The translations under genes and the position numbers were made by a program. The notes beneath the pieces were generated by a model. It worked only from the letters and a program-made list of their open reading frames with translations. It ran no database searches and was not told where the DNA came from. A stretch of DNA of 64,000 bases from Amoebophrya sp. A120 (Eukaryota; Protista; Dinoflagellata). This document shows, in pieces, positions 11,878 through 22,500 of the stretch (positions are counted from its first letter, which is position 1; every line of letters begins with the position of its first letter). The stretch is taken from positions 1,237,907-1,301,906 of the forward strand of contig CAJINV010000009.1 of NCBI GenBank assembly GCA_905178155.1, given 5' to 3'.

Positions 11878-13006
11878 CTCAACAGTAGACTTCAAGTACT
11901 TATTCAAAAAGATTGAGTATCCACAGAAGCTTCTTGTTTTTTTTTGGAGAGCTTGCCGCGAACGACGCTCTTGTTTGTCATATCTTTTCTTGCTGTTGGG
12001 AAAAAGTTTCCATAATACTACACGAACACGACAGCGAGAGCGACACATAATCTAGGTTTTAGAAAATAAAATGCTGTGCCTCATTGAGACATTAGAACAC
12101 AACGAACAACAAAAAACTGTCGCTGTAGACTAAAAATGACTCTACCACACACGGCAATAACGACACGACGACGGGGAAAATAGCGCGGCAAACTCGAACG
12201 ACAGAATACGATGGCGAATGTCAACGATTATTTGCGATATCAATTTACAATTTTGCGACGATACACCAAGCGATTTTCCAAGAGAAAGCGCGATATGTGG
12301 ATGTACAACGTAAACAATCATGATCTTCACAATACTCCACCAATCGAGACGAACACAGACAATTTCCAAGAGACTTCAAAAGGCACTTCTGGAGCCTGCT
12401 AGCTCTGAAATCATTTGCGCGGGGGAACGCGCCTGTTGATTACTTGCACGTATTTCATGTTCAATTCGCAGAACGCACGATTTCGGTGGTGGTGTGGGCC
12501 CCCTTTCATGCGGGAAAGTAGATAAAAATATACTGCTGTAGAAAATCCCAGAGGGAAGTAGAAGTGGGGCGCTTGGGGCTGAGTGAATTTGTCATGCTTA
12601 CCCGACTGCATCAAAAAACTTTGCACCGTCACCGCAAGCAGCACCGGACGCAGAAGTAAATTTGGATTGGGGTACACTGAACTGAAGTAATCACTTATCA
12701 AATTGAAGACACAACTTACCCAAAGGTGAGGAATAGAGAACTACGAGTTGCATTTCTCAAGAAAGACGCTGCTAGAAAGTCACAAACTGAACAATTTTCA
12801 TGAGGAAAGTAAAACAGAAATGAATCAAAGAAAAGAAAGACGGGAGAGGGAGTTGCAGGTAGGGGTAGTGCGATTGCGATACATGCAGATATACAATAAG
12901 CCTCGGCACCAGGTGTTTCTCGCTCCTCCGACAGCGGACACGCAAAGGAATTCGAGGCGCAAATCGTAAAAAAAGTTAGTAGTAGCCGTGGCCGCCTCCG
13001 CCGTAG

Positions 13007-14773
13007 GGTTGGATCCTGGAATCAAGTTGGATCCTGGAATCAAGTTGACTGGAATCAAATTGAGACCTGGAATCCCGTTGCGTGGAATCACGTTGATCCC
13101 TGGAATCCCGTTACATGGAATCCCGTTGCGCCTGTCCGTTTCCCGTTTCCGTCAAAAGCGCCCTGCAGTTCCCATTACCTCCGCAACCGCGGAGAGCTCT
13201 CATAGATACCTCCGGAGCGGCAGGCATCTGCTCCTCCAAAAGGAAATTGCAACCCAGGCGGCAGAGGAATTCAGTTCCTGGCTTCACGGAAGACAAAACC
13301 CCGGGTCTCCCCAGAAGGGAAAGCTCCATGCTTCGGGCTCCCCGCCTACCTTTACCGAAGGCTGGCCCGCCTTCCGACGGGCCATGTTCCGGGCCCCCGG
13401 GGCATGGATGTGACGAGGCCCCGGGACACAAAAGAAAGAACCAACCCGGGGCCCCCGGCGCAAAAGCTGTAGGTACACGCGCGCAGCCCCGGACAGCGGC
13501 AAATTTGCGCGCTCCGAAACCGAATCCAAAACGCCTCGGCGAGCACGGGCACAGAAAAACCCCGAACCGTCCACGTCGCGCACGCAGGAGGTGTAAATAA
13601 GCTCAGGCCATTCAATCCGGAGGCGATGGCGAAAGCTTCGCGCCAGCCAGGAAATAAACAACTCCGACACTCCCGAGAGGCAATCAAGCTGCGGACCTTA
13701 CGCCAGGGAGAGACCCGCCAGAGCTTCCGAAGGCGAGACACCCGGGGCTGCCGAAGCCAAAGAAGATTCGGAGCCTCCGAAGGTGAAAGCTTCGGCGCTT
13801 CCGAAGGTAAAAACGCGGGATCTCCCCAAGGCGAAGGGGCCGAAGTTGGCAAATGCCAAACACGTGAGGTAAAGCTTCGGCTCCTTAGTGCTGCAGGCGG
13901 AAACCCCGGACATCGGGAACACAACAAGATGGAACTCCCAGAGAGGAGAGCCCTGCCAATCCCCAAAGACGCCTTCCGAAAGAGGCGAAATAGAATCCCC
14001 GGAGAGACCTGCCGAAGGACAAGGAAGGCGAAATGGAGCCCCCCGAGACACCTTCCACAGCAGGGCGAAATGGAGTCCCCTGAGACACCGTCCGCAGGAA
14101 GCCGAAACGGAATCCCCCGAGACTGACACCATCCCCAGGAAGGCGAAATGGAAGCGGAATCCCGAGAGCAATGAGTCTTCCGAGAGAAGCCGAAACGGGC
14201 ATGGAACTCCAAGAGGGACGGATGGATCTTCCGAGGGAAGGCGAAACGAAAAGGAAATCCCCAGAGACACACACATTGCGAAGGAAGGAGAAACAAATGG
14301 ACTGAATCCCGGGAACTTCGGAAGGCGAAAACCCCGACAACTTTCGATGGAGAGCCGTAAAACAAGACGGGCGCGCGAAGCTTAGCTCTAACATTATTCA
14401 CCACATGCATCTCTATCGACCAGAGGAAGAACAGCCAGGCACCTTTGGTAAACCTAAACGTGGCCGCGTTTGCAAAAAAAATAACGGAGAACTTTAGGCC
14501 CGAGGGTATGGCAGTCACAAAACACAAAAAGCGCAGCAGATTCTTCCAAGGTGAGGCATTGCGAGGTGAAGGATTGATGGGGATGAAGTTGTGGCGGTTT
14601 ACTTGAGTCCATTCAACTTGATTCCAGAGACTAACTAGATTCCACGCAACGGGATTCCAGGTAATAACTTGATTCCATATGACGGGATTCCAGGTCTAAC
14701 GTGATTCCAATTAACTTGATTCCAGGTTTAACTTGATTCCATGATCTAAACTTGATTCCATGAAATTAACTTG
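13007..14773. mobile_element. Foldback-like element with inverted terminal arrays of TGGAATC(A/C)(A/C)GTT, flanked by a 36-bp direct duplication
   Basis: 7 units on the left (13017-13130) and 9 inverted units on the right (14612-14760). Identical AAAAGTTAGTAGTAGCCGTGGCCGCCTCCGCCGTAG at 12971-13006 and 14774-14809. Internal GGCGAAATGGA..CCC.GAGAC repeats at 13984-14270. Confidence 0.85.
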
Positions 14774-14778
14774 AAAAG

Positions 14779-16284
14779 TTAGTAGTAGCCGTGGCCGCCT
14801 CCGCCGTAGTCTCCTCCGTATCCACCTCCGTAGTACCCGTCGCCACCGTATCCACCTCCGTAGCCCCCCTTTCCATGGCCCCCCTTCGAAGCCCTCATCA
14901 TCATGCTTCCCCCGCCGCCCTTCGACATCATTGACGCTCGGCCCTTTGACGCCCGCGATGCCATTCTGTACTCGTCCCCACCACCAAAGGCACCACACGC
15001 AAAGGCCAACCCCAGACCCACAATAATCACCGCGAAGACGACGATAACGATGATGATGATTTGCTGCTGCCCCGATTCTATCCACTGGAAACACAAACAT
15101 GTCGTGCCAAGTCTAGAAAATTGGAACGAGTATGCTGACGTCATGTATGTTGTCACTATGGAACACTGGAACACCTCCAGATGCAATGCGGCATGCACTG
15201 GGTCATGCAAATGTAGCAGAGTCGGTACTAGTATTTGTATTACGGCTCGTCGTATAATACACTCGCACACTACAGAGAGCCGAGTGCCTAGTGTCTTTTC
15301 TTTGCGGGGCGAAAGCGAAAGAAAGATAAACATCCGTCTTTCTAGACCAAGAACACGACAGCGACACATTTACTTTTGATACACTTCACCTCTGCGCCGG
15401 CCGGCGCGGATGTGCTGACGTCTCCTGCGGCCGTGGCAGTGGCTGTGGTTGGGACGACTATGAGACAAAATAAAGGTATGTAGCATGCGAAATCCAAAGC
15501 GGCAATCTGTTGGAGATGCTGCAAAAGCGTAGAATAATACATCATGCATCTTTTAGTTCCATTATCAAAGCGTCCACGCATACAGTTCTCAACTACAGCT
15601 CTTCTAGAGCAAATTGCTGGATGAAATGCTTAGGCTTTCAGTTTTCGTCCGTGTGGTTCTCTCGTGCATGAACTGCTGTGCTTCAGATTGTGGAATGCTA
15701 CGTACATGTTTTCTGTCGGTATCGGTCACGGGAGGCGCCACGGTAGTGGTCGTCGTGGTTTCCGGTTCAATCTTCTTGTGGCAGTTAAAATTCACCCAGC
15801 CTCTGAAGCTGTCTTCAGTCGTCAGGTCGTCGATGTTTGTCACTACCCTAGTTGGCGTTTTATCGAAGATCAGACAATTGTTGGAATACATCCATGCTTC
15901 GCAACGCGCAAAAGTCCTATCACCTTTAAACGCGTCATTCCATTCGTTCTTCGTGCAAACCTCCTGACATTTCTCCTCCGGTACGTTTTCGGCTCCCGCG
16001 AAGAAGGAGCTGCTTATGCTCAGGCCCCCGGACGCATCTGCGCACCAACCTTTCCCCAAATCGTCGTAGGTCACGCCTTCTGCTGTTTCAGTTTCTTCTA
16101 CCCGTGCAGCTTCTTCTACCTTGTTCTCGGCCTGCAGGAGCAGCTTCGTCTCCGCGGTAGCGGATTGGGCGCGCGCTCTCTCTTTCTTCTGCACCACATT
16201 CACTTTGTACCCGCGAACGAAGAGGACCAAGAACAGTGGGATGATTTTTTGATGTGTGAGAGAAAAACCCTTGGCCTGCGCCAT
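14779..16284 (-). CDS. Type I membrane/surface protein: signal peptide, PAN/Apple-like Cys domain, Thr-rich stalk, TM, Gly/Tyr-rich tail (about 3 exons)
   Basis: N-terminal IIPLFLVLFVRG; GWC...EKCQEVC...CEAWMYSNNCLIF...FNC; ETTTTTT and PTTATATAA; TM IIIIVIVVFAVIIVGLGLAFACG after a ttccag acceptor (~15085); ends GGYGGGYGGDGYY..HGYY*. Exon joins are inferred from GT/AG sites. Confidence 0.65.
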
Positions 16285-17267
16285 CGATTAATATTGTGTG
16301 ACGGGATCCTGACAAGGATCCCAGACGACGCGGACGAAAAAAATCAACAAGCACGGGTCTCTTACAAGAATCACGACAGTGGGTATTGCTACTCGAAAGT
16401 AACAAGACGAACTGAAGCTATTCTTAGACTGACAAAACAAGCTCTAGAGCGAGACTCTTACCTTCAAAAGTGGAGAAATCGCTGCTGTGGTCGAAAGGGG
16501 GTCTATTAATGGATTCTCTTTGGGATAGTTCTCTGCGACAGTACTGGAAACATAAGAGCGGAGTAGTTTTTTGAAGTAAACCACAACAGATGTCGAAGTT
16601 CGTTTTTACAACATCTGAATTCACGAAACTCGGTTTTCCTTACAAAAAAAATCGGCACGACTTGGACAACAAAATCCGTATTTGCCTTCTTGAACGCAAC
16701 GATTGATTACCGATCACCTGACGGCTAATCCTGGTAGTTTGCACCACTACGGAAGAATACAGGGGAAACAGCGGACACAACAACAATTTGGAACTACAAA
16801 CATATGAAGTAATACGGGGTAACGAGCCTTCCTTTGCGTTCTTGATATCAGAGGTTGGGGTGGTGTTGATGCAGCCCAAACCTCCTGCAGTCGCAATTTA
16901 GTAGAAGTGGCAACTCATGACGGTGATCGTCTATTCTCGAAAAGTAGTGATGTGTATTGCAATTTAATTCATTGCACAGGTTCCAACGAAAATCAGACCA
17001 AGATAGTTTGTCTTGACTGTACGAACAAGTTTTTTGCGATTTTTTTTGTGCACGATGACAAAGAAGAAGTACAAGAACGGTGGGTAGGGAGAAAATAAAG
17101 GAAAATCCGCTTAATTTTCTCATGCGCAGCAGAGCTGTCGACCAACCACGAAAAAACGTGAAGCAGTGAACGATTTTTTTGCAGAAACTCTGTTGGTGTC
17201 CCGACGGACGACGGACGACGCAAAGGACGAAGACGATGCGCGTTGGTCAACGGTGCGACCAGATGCG

Positions 17268-17291
17268 GCGCTAGCGCTGCAGCGCTAGCGC
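17268..17291. repeat. Perfect 24-bp intergenic palindrome
   Basis: GCGCTAGCGCTGCAGCGCTAGCGC equals its own reverse complement. Confidence 0.9.
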
Positions 17292-17737
17292 ACGGTTGCT
17301 ACGAAAACAAGAAACGTCATTAATTTCCAACGAGAGATTTGATGGCCGAACTGGGGTTGCGGGCGGACGACACGAATCAAGGAGAAAGAGGAAGACAATC
17401 CGAAATCGAAAAACTTTCGTATAACCCATCACACTGACTCTGATCCGTTCGGAACGGGCACGAATACAAAGGCTAAGAGAAAGACGACACTCAAGTGTCC
17501 TATGGCTACCAACGACGACAAGTCGGGAAGCTCACACTAGCAGCCCGGCCAACATGGTCGTATCGTCGCTTAGACTCGAAGTCGATACCATGAACACTTG
17601 GCGTACAAAAACTTAGCTGGTAGCACCAACAATCAAGTCATCTTCGCACCATCAAGACTTTCAAAGCGCCCATAGCACCAGCACCGGTAAACCAGGCGGC
17701 CCCGGGTTTCATCTACCGACACGACGTGCCTATGTGG

Positions 17738-18457
17738 CTACACATCACCCGCGTTCAGCTGGGTAAAGTAGAGCGCATTGGTGCCACGCTCCACATCGCG
17801 CGCGATGCCAACAACGATATAGTTCGCGCCCTCTGCCAGCATGTTTGCGTTGTGGCCCTGGGACGTTTTCCATGACTCAAAGGCGCCGTTGGCGCTGGTG
17901 TTCTGCGCACAATTCTCTGCCATCATCCACCGCTTCAGATTGTGCTTCGTCAGCATCTCCTGCTCGTATGCCTGGGCGCGTTCTTGGAAGTAGTCGTGCG
18001 AGAGCAGCCCCATGCGCGCCTGGTCGTGTGACCATCCCCGGGCGTAGGCCGCCAGATCGACGTCCCACTTCGCGGGCGGAAGCCCGCTCGCCTCGCGGTA
18101 CTCGTTGATCCGCTTTACTAGCTCCTCCTCCATCTCGCCCAGCTCCGGGTCGTCCTGTTCAACTTTGCGCGAGCCGATATCAGCGCCGCAGTCGCGTCCA
18201 TAGCAGTCTGTGCACCCACCATTCGTTTCCGTAGTTGTACCGGAAACTGGCGTCGTCGTTGATAATTGTGTGGTCCCCGCGTCATCTTCTTGCTGCTTTG
18301 AGATTTTTAGTGTTCTCTTTTCTCTTTTCGTGGATGAAGCAGCTCCTGCAGAGACCAAACTGCGATACCCGTAGGCAGAAACGAAAAGTCCATCCTGAAA
18401 TGTCGTGGTGTAAATCACTAAAGCGAATAAAACGGTTATGTTGATTGCTTGTTTCAT
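17738..18457 (-). CDS. Secreted CAP/SCP-domain protein (YkwD/bacterial-like CAP)
   Basis: Signal peptide MKQAINITVLFALVIY; INEYREASGLPP, LAAYARGWSHDQ, LSHD, AENCA, WKTSQGHNANML, VGIA, YFTQ. Confidence 0.88.
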   Translation of the reverse strand: MKQAINITVLFALVIYTTTFQDGLFVSAYGYRSLVSAGAASSTKREKRTLKISKQQEDDAGTTQLSTTTPVSGTTTETNGGCTDCYGRDCGADIGSRKVEQDDPELGEMEEELVKRINEYREASGLPPAKWDVDLAAYARGWSHDQARMGLLSHDYFQERAQAYEQEMLTKHNLKRWMMAENCAQNTSANGAFESWKTSQGHNANMLAEGANYIVVGIARDVERGTNALYFTQLNAGDV

Positions 18458-19579
18458 CTTGACAGGTAAAAAATGCAGCATTTGAGACGCAATGGATATC
18501 AAAGCAAAACAAAAATATTTTCTGAACGCACAAGAAGAGTCAGGGGGCGTACTGGTGAGTGTGGGTTCGGTCGTGTTCGATGGAAGAAGATGAAACTAGA
18601 GTGGTGGGTTCGCACGGTTTCCACCGCTACAAGTAGGCGTATGCCGAAACAAACATTTGCAATATCATATTACAGGTACACAAGAATGCACGACGAACGA
18701 TACTACGCAAGAGCGACGAGCGGCGTTCTTCCAAAGGGAACGAGAGAATTGTACGAGTGCAAAGCGAGCCAACGACGCAGCTTCAAACGAAGAGAAATCA
18801 AGACCTACGATTACGCTATGTCCAAGTCCACCCAAGAGCGCCCATGGCCAACGCGGAGATATACATAACTTGATGGCGCCAAAGTTGACTGAGATTGACA
18901 GACGGAGAATCAAACGTGCTCCCTGAACAAGAATCCACCATGTGCAGTTGGTCAAGGTCAACAACAACGCGTTACAACTTTCAAAAGTTTTTTTGTAGTT
19001 GCGAATGCGACGTGGTGCTAGCTAATAAATAAGAAATCCTGCTGCTCAAGACATACCGGTTTCTCAAAAATCGAATCTCGAATACCTCCGCTCACTGCAC
19101 ATTTCCTTTATTTCCATAGTCTGGTTGTGGCCGACCGGAGTAGAGCTGACTTTTGTTGGTGCTCTTTTACCTAGTATCGGAAAATTTTTCTACTTCTTCC
19201 CAGTACATGATATTCACCTCATCCTTTAGCTTTACAACAGTCGCTGCGAAAAAAGAGGCCTACAAAATTTGTCTATGGTCATATTTATGCAGCTTCGAAT
19301 GCTGTGACAGGTGTTGAATGCCAAACCATACTGCTTTTCATCGAGGATGTTGATATTGTACCTTTATTCGTGCCACGACACCGACTCCGGGTGCACGTGT
19401 GAATTTGCCAAAAAACGTGTTTTTCGAGAGTGTGGCCTCTTCAAAATTTTCCTTTCTTGTTCAGTAGGAACAGAATTATGGTACGTAACCACTCGTACAA
19501 GTAGTGAAACAACTTTACCTTTGGCCTTTTTGAACGATTACGATTATGATATATCCGCATGAAATAATCTTCTATTTTT

Positions 19580-22500
19580 TTACAACTTGCTTCTTCGCAC
19601 CGGGTTCCCCGCCCCACCATGCGACTGCACGGACCCGCCGGTGGCACTGTTGCTTGGCCCCACACTGGGCTTGACGCCGAGCTTGAGGTTGACCACCCGA
19701 AACGCGCCCTTGTAGTATACGGTGAGCGTGTATCAAATGTAAAAATGTCTGGGTCTGGAAGAGTCATGCTGTTTTTGCATGACACAGAAGGTCTGTCATG
19801 GGAGCTCTAGCATCACAGGTTTCGAGAAGCTTCCGCAATGCCGAACCCGCATGAGAAATCCCCCATTTTGGTGACAGAAAGTCGGCAGCTCTTGCTACCT
19901 ATGCATGAGAGATTTTTCTGTGTTCTGAAATGCGCATCACAAGTTCGGATCCTTCCAGACCCAGACATTTTTGCATTTGATAGCGTCAGACTCTCGCCCG
20001 GCTCCTTCGACTCGACCGCGTCAATAAGCTCCTCGGACTTGTATTGCAAGGAAAAATACCCCCTCCCCATATCGAGACGAAGTTTCTGATGCGGGATTTC
20101 TGTACACAAATGCGCGCTGTCTTGCAATAAGGCATCGCAGCTAGATCCTCAGCCTAGGTGGGGGCGTTTGGGTCTAGCTATTTAGCATTGCAGACGGCTG
20201 TCCCCTAGGCCCAACAGCATGCCAAATCGCTTCCATAATGGCCCGGAAGCCTCTGCATTTGTCTTCTTGCAAGACAGGCGTGATTTGTGGTCTCAAATCA
20301 GCAACACAAATTTTCGGAGTCATGCCGTTTCGATATGGGGAGGGGGGATTTTTCATTTTGATAACTTGTAGATCTTCTTTCCATCCACCTTGCAAATCAC
20401 GTCCCCGATGAAAATCTTCCGCCCATCGCGTGTATCAATCGGAAACTTACATCATACTAGCACATCACACACTAACTTTGTAGTGCAAAAATGGCGAACC
20501 CAGAAACTCTGCAATGGGCAAGCAACCCTTAGGAAAAGCCATTGAAGATTTTCTGTTTTCTTTTCTTTGCACGTAGAAAAAAAGTGTGATTCTGATGTAC
20601 TAGCTTTTTTAATCCACGGGATACCGTACAAAAGGCCGAAGCTGCTGCTTCTCCGCAGGGGAGTCGGGCTCCACTTGCAGCATCAAAATGAAATACCCCC
20701 GCACCGCATACCCGAAATAAAAAAACTTTTTTTCATGATGTGAGTTCATTTGTGTGCTTACAAACAACGCAGGGTTCCCTTACAAGAAGGCGAAAAGGCC
20801 GGCATCTCGTGGTCTCGCGTTTGCAAATATTGTCTTTGCATCCTAATCCTTTGGCGGGCATTGCAAAATTCTTTTTTCTTGCGCGATCTGCACTGCTGCT
20901 ATGCGCGATCGCAACCTGCACTGTTGCTATGATCGAAGTCACTACCCTCCGCTGTTCTCTTCTCGTATGAACTGAAAAAGAACAACCACTTGCGCATGCA
21001 CCACTCCCGGATTAGGCTAAGTCCACCCAACACAAATTTCCTTCAACGTCTGGTGGGAGGGCTTTTTCTTTCACCTTCATATGCAGCACGAAGACGCCGT
21101 TCACTTATTACAATGAAAAATGCCCCCACCCCCGAACTTGAAAGCATTTGTATTGCAAACCTTTCCAAATGAAACATTCGCCCTCTTGCATGTATCAGCA
21201 TCACAGATTTCCGATCGTGAATAGCAAAAATTTGCATTGCAAAAGATCCCAGCAAGAGCGGTGCTTGTCATGCAAGCGATGCGAAACACCACTAGAATCT
21301 GCATCAGAAAGATTCATATTCCTTTCATGCATGACAAAAAGTTTTCTTTTGGAAACTTCGCATCACAAATTTTTGCAACTTTGGGGGTGGGGGGCACTTA
21401 TCACTGTAATATCACCTCGGAGTACTTCTCTACCCAGTGATCCGGCGCGCAGTAGATCCCCAACCAGGGCCGCAGAATCCGACCGTATTGGAGGAACTGC
21501 TTGATTACCCGTTGGATCGTGTCCACCGGAATCGCAAAACCCACACCGGAAAACCTTTTTGATTGATCAAAAGCAACGAAATATCGTCGCGAAACAGGGC
21601 GGTAAAGTGATCAAAACCACATACTGCAGAATCAAACCTCAACACACACGCACCACGCCGCAGAAGTTTCTTTCTGAATAAAGGCAGAACCACAATGAAA
21701 CCCTGGAGGTAAGTTGTATAAAAAAATACGCTCCGGACGGCGAAGCGATCATGGTGTTGATGCCGATGAGTTCGCCGTGCCGGTTCAGCAACGGCCCCCC
21801 GCTGTTGCCCGGATTGATCGCCGCGTCGGTTTGCACGAGGTTCCGCAACTTTTTCCCCGTGGCGCCCCGCACCTCGCGTCCCAGCCCGCTGACGATGCCG
21901 GAGGTGAGCGTCTGGTCGAAGCCGAAGGGGTTCCCAATCGCGAAAACTTTGTTCCCGACCTGCAGGTCGTGGGAGGTGCCAACCTTCAGCCCGTCCAGCT
22001 TCTTCTTGGGCTTCACTAAACGCAAAATTGCCAGGTCGCAATCCTCGTCCTCGCCCACCACCTCGGCCTCCAAGGGCTCGTCGAACGAGTTCTTGCTTTT
22101 CGTGGCAGAAGTGGAAGCACCGGCGTCGGAACTGGCTTCATCTCTACTTTGGTTCGTTGCCCCGGCAGTTTTTTGCACGAAATCGCCCATGTCCGGGGGG
22201 AACGTGACGAAGCAGCGACTGGCGCCCTTCACGACATGACAGTTGGTCACGACATGGACTCCGTCCTGCCACACGAACCCGCTCCCCACGCCCTTCTCGA
22301 TCTCGATGGGGTCAAAATTCATGCTGTAGTAACCCCCGACGCGCGTGGTGATCTGACACACGCTGGGCGCGCACTTTTTGAACATCTGCACCGTGTCTGA
22401 TTCCTCCGCAGAGAGGCTCCGGTTACTGGAAGCAGTAGTACCGGAGGTCTTGGTCGCCGCAAGACGATCCGTCGTTCCGGAAACCGCGTCTGTATTGCCG

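Noticed and set aside
11032-12048. 338-aa ORF as a single-exon gene
   Set aside because: It reads through an intron and an introner; the credible downstream exons are in other frames.
13017-13130. CRISPR-like array, or a coding repeat (GIKLDP...)
   Set aside because: The spacers are only a few bp, there are no cas genes, and the array is mirrored at the far end of a mobile element. The ORF is a by-product of the 15/18-bp units.
13352-14527. 391-aa ORF as a transposase
   Set aside because: It is a translation of internal repeats, with no DDE, HUH or RT motifs.
12024-15369. Short shared motif GAACACGACAGCGA..CACAT at about 12024 and 15351
   Set aside because: Only two low-complexity copies, with no consistent context.
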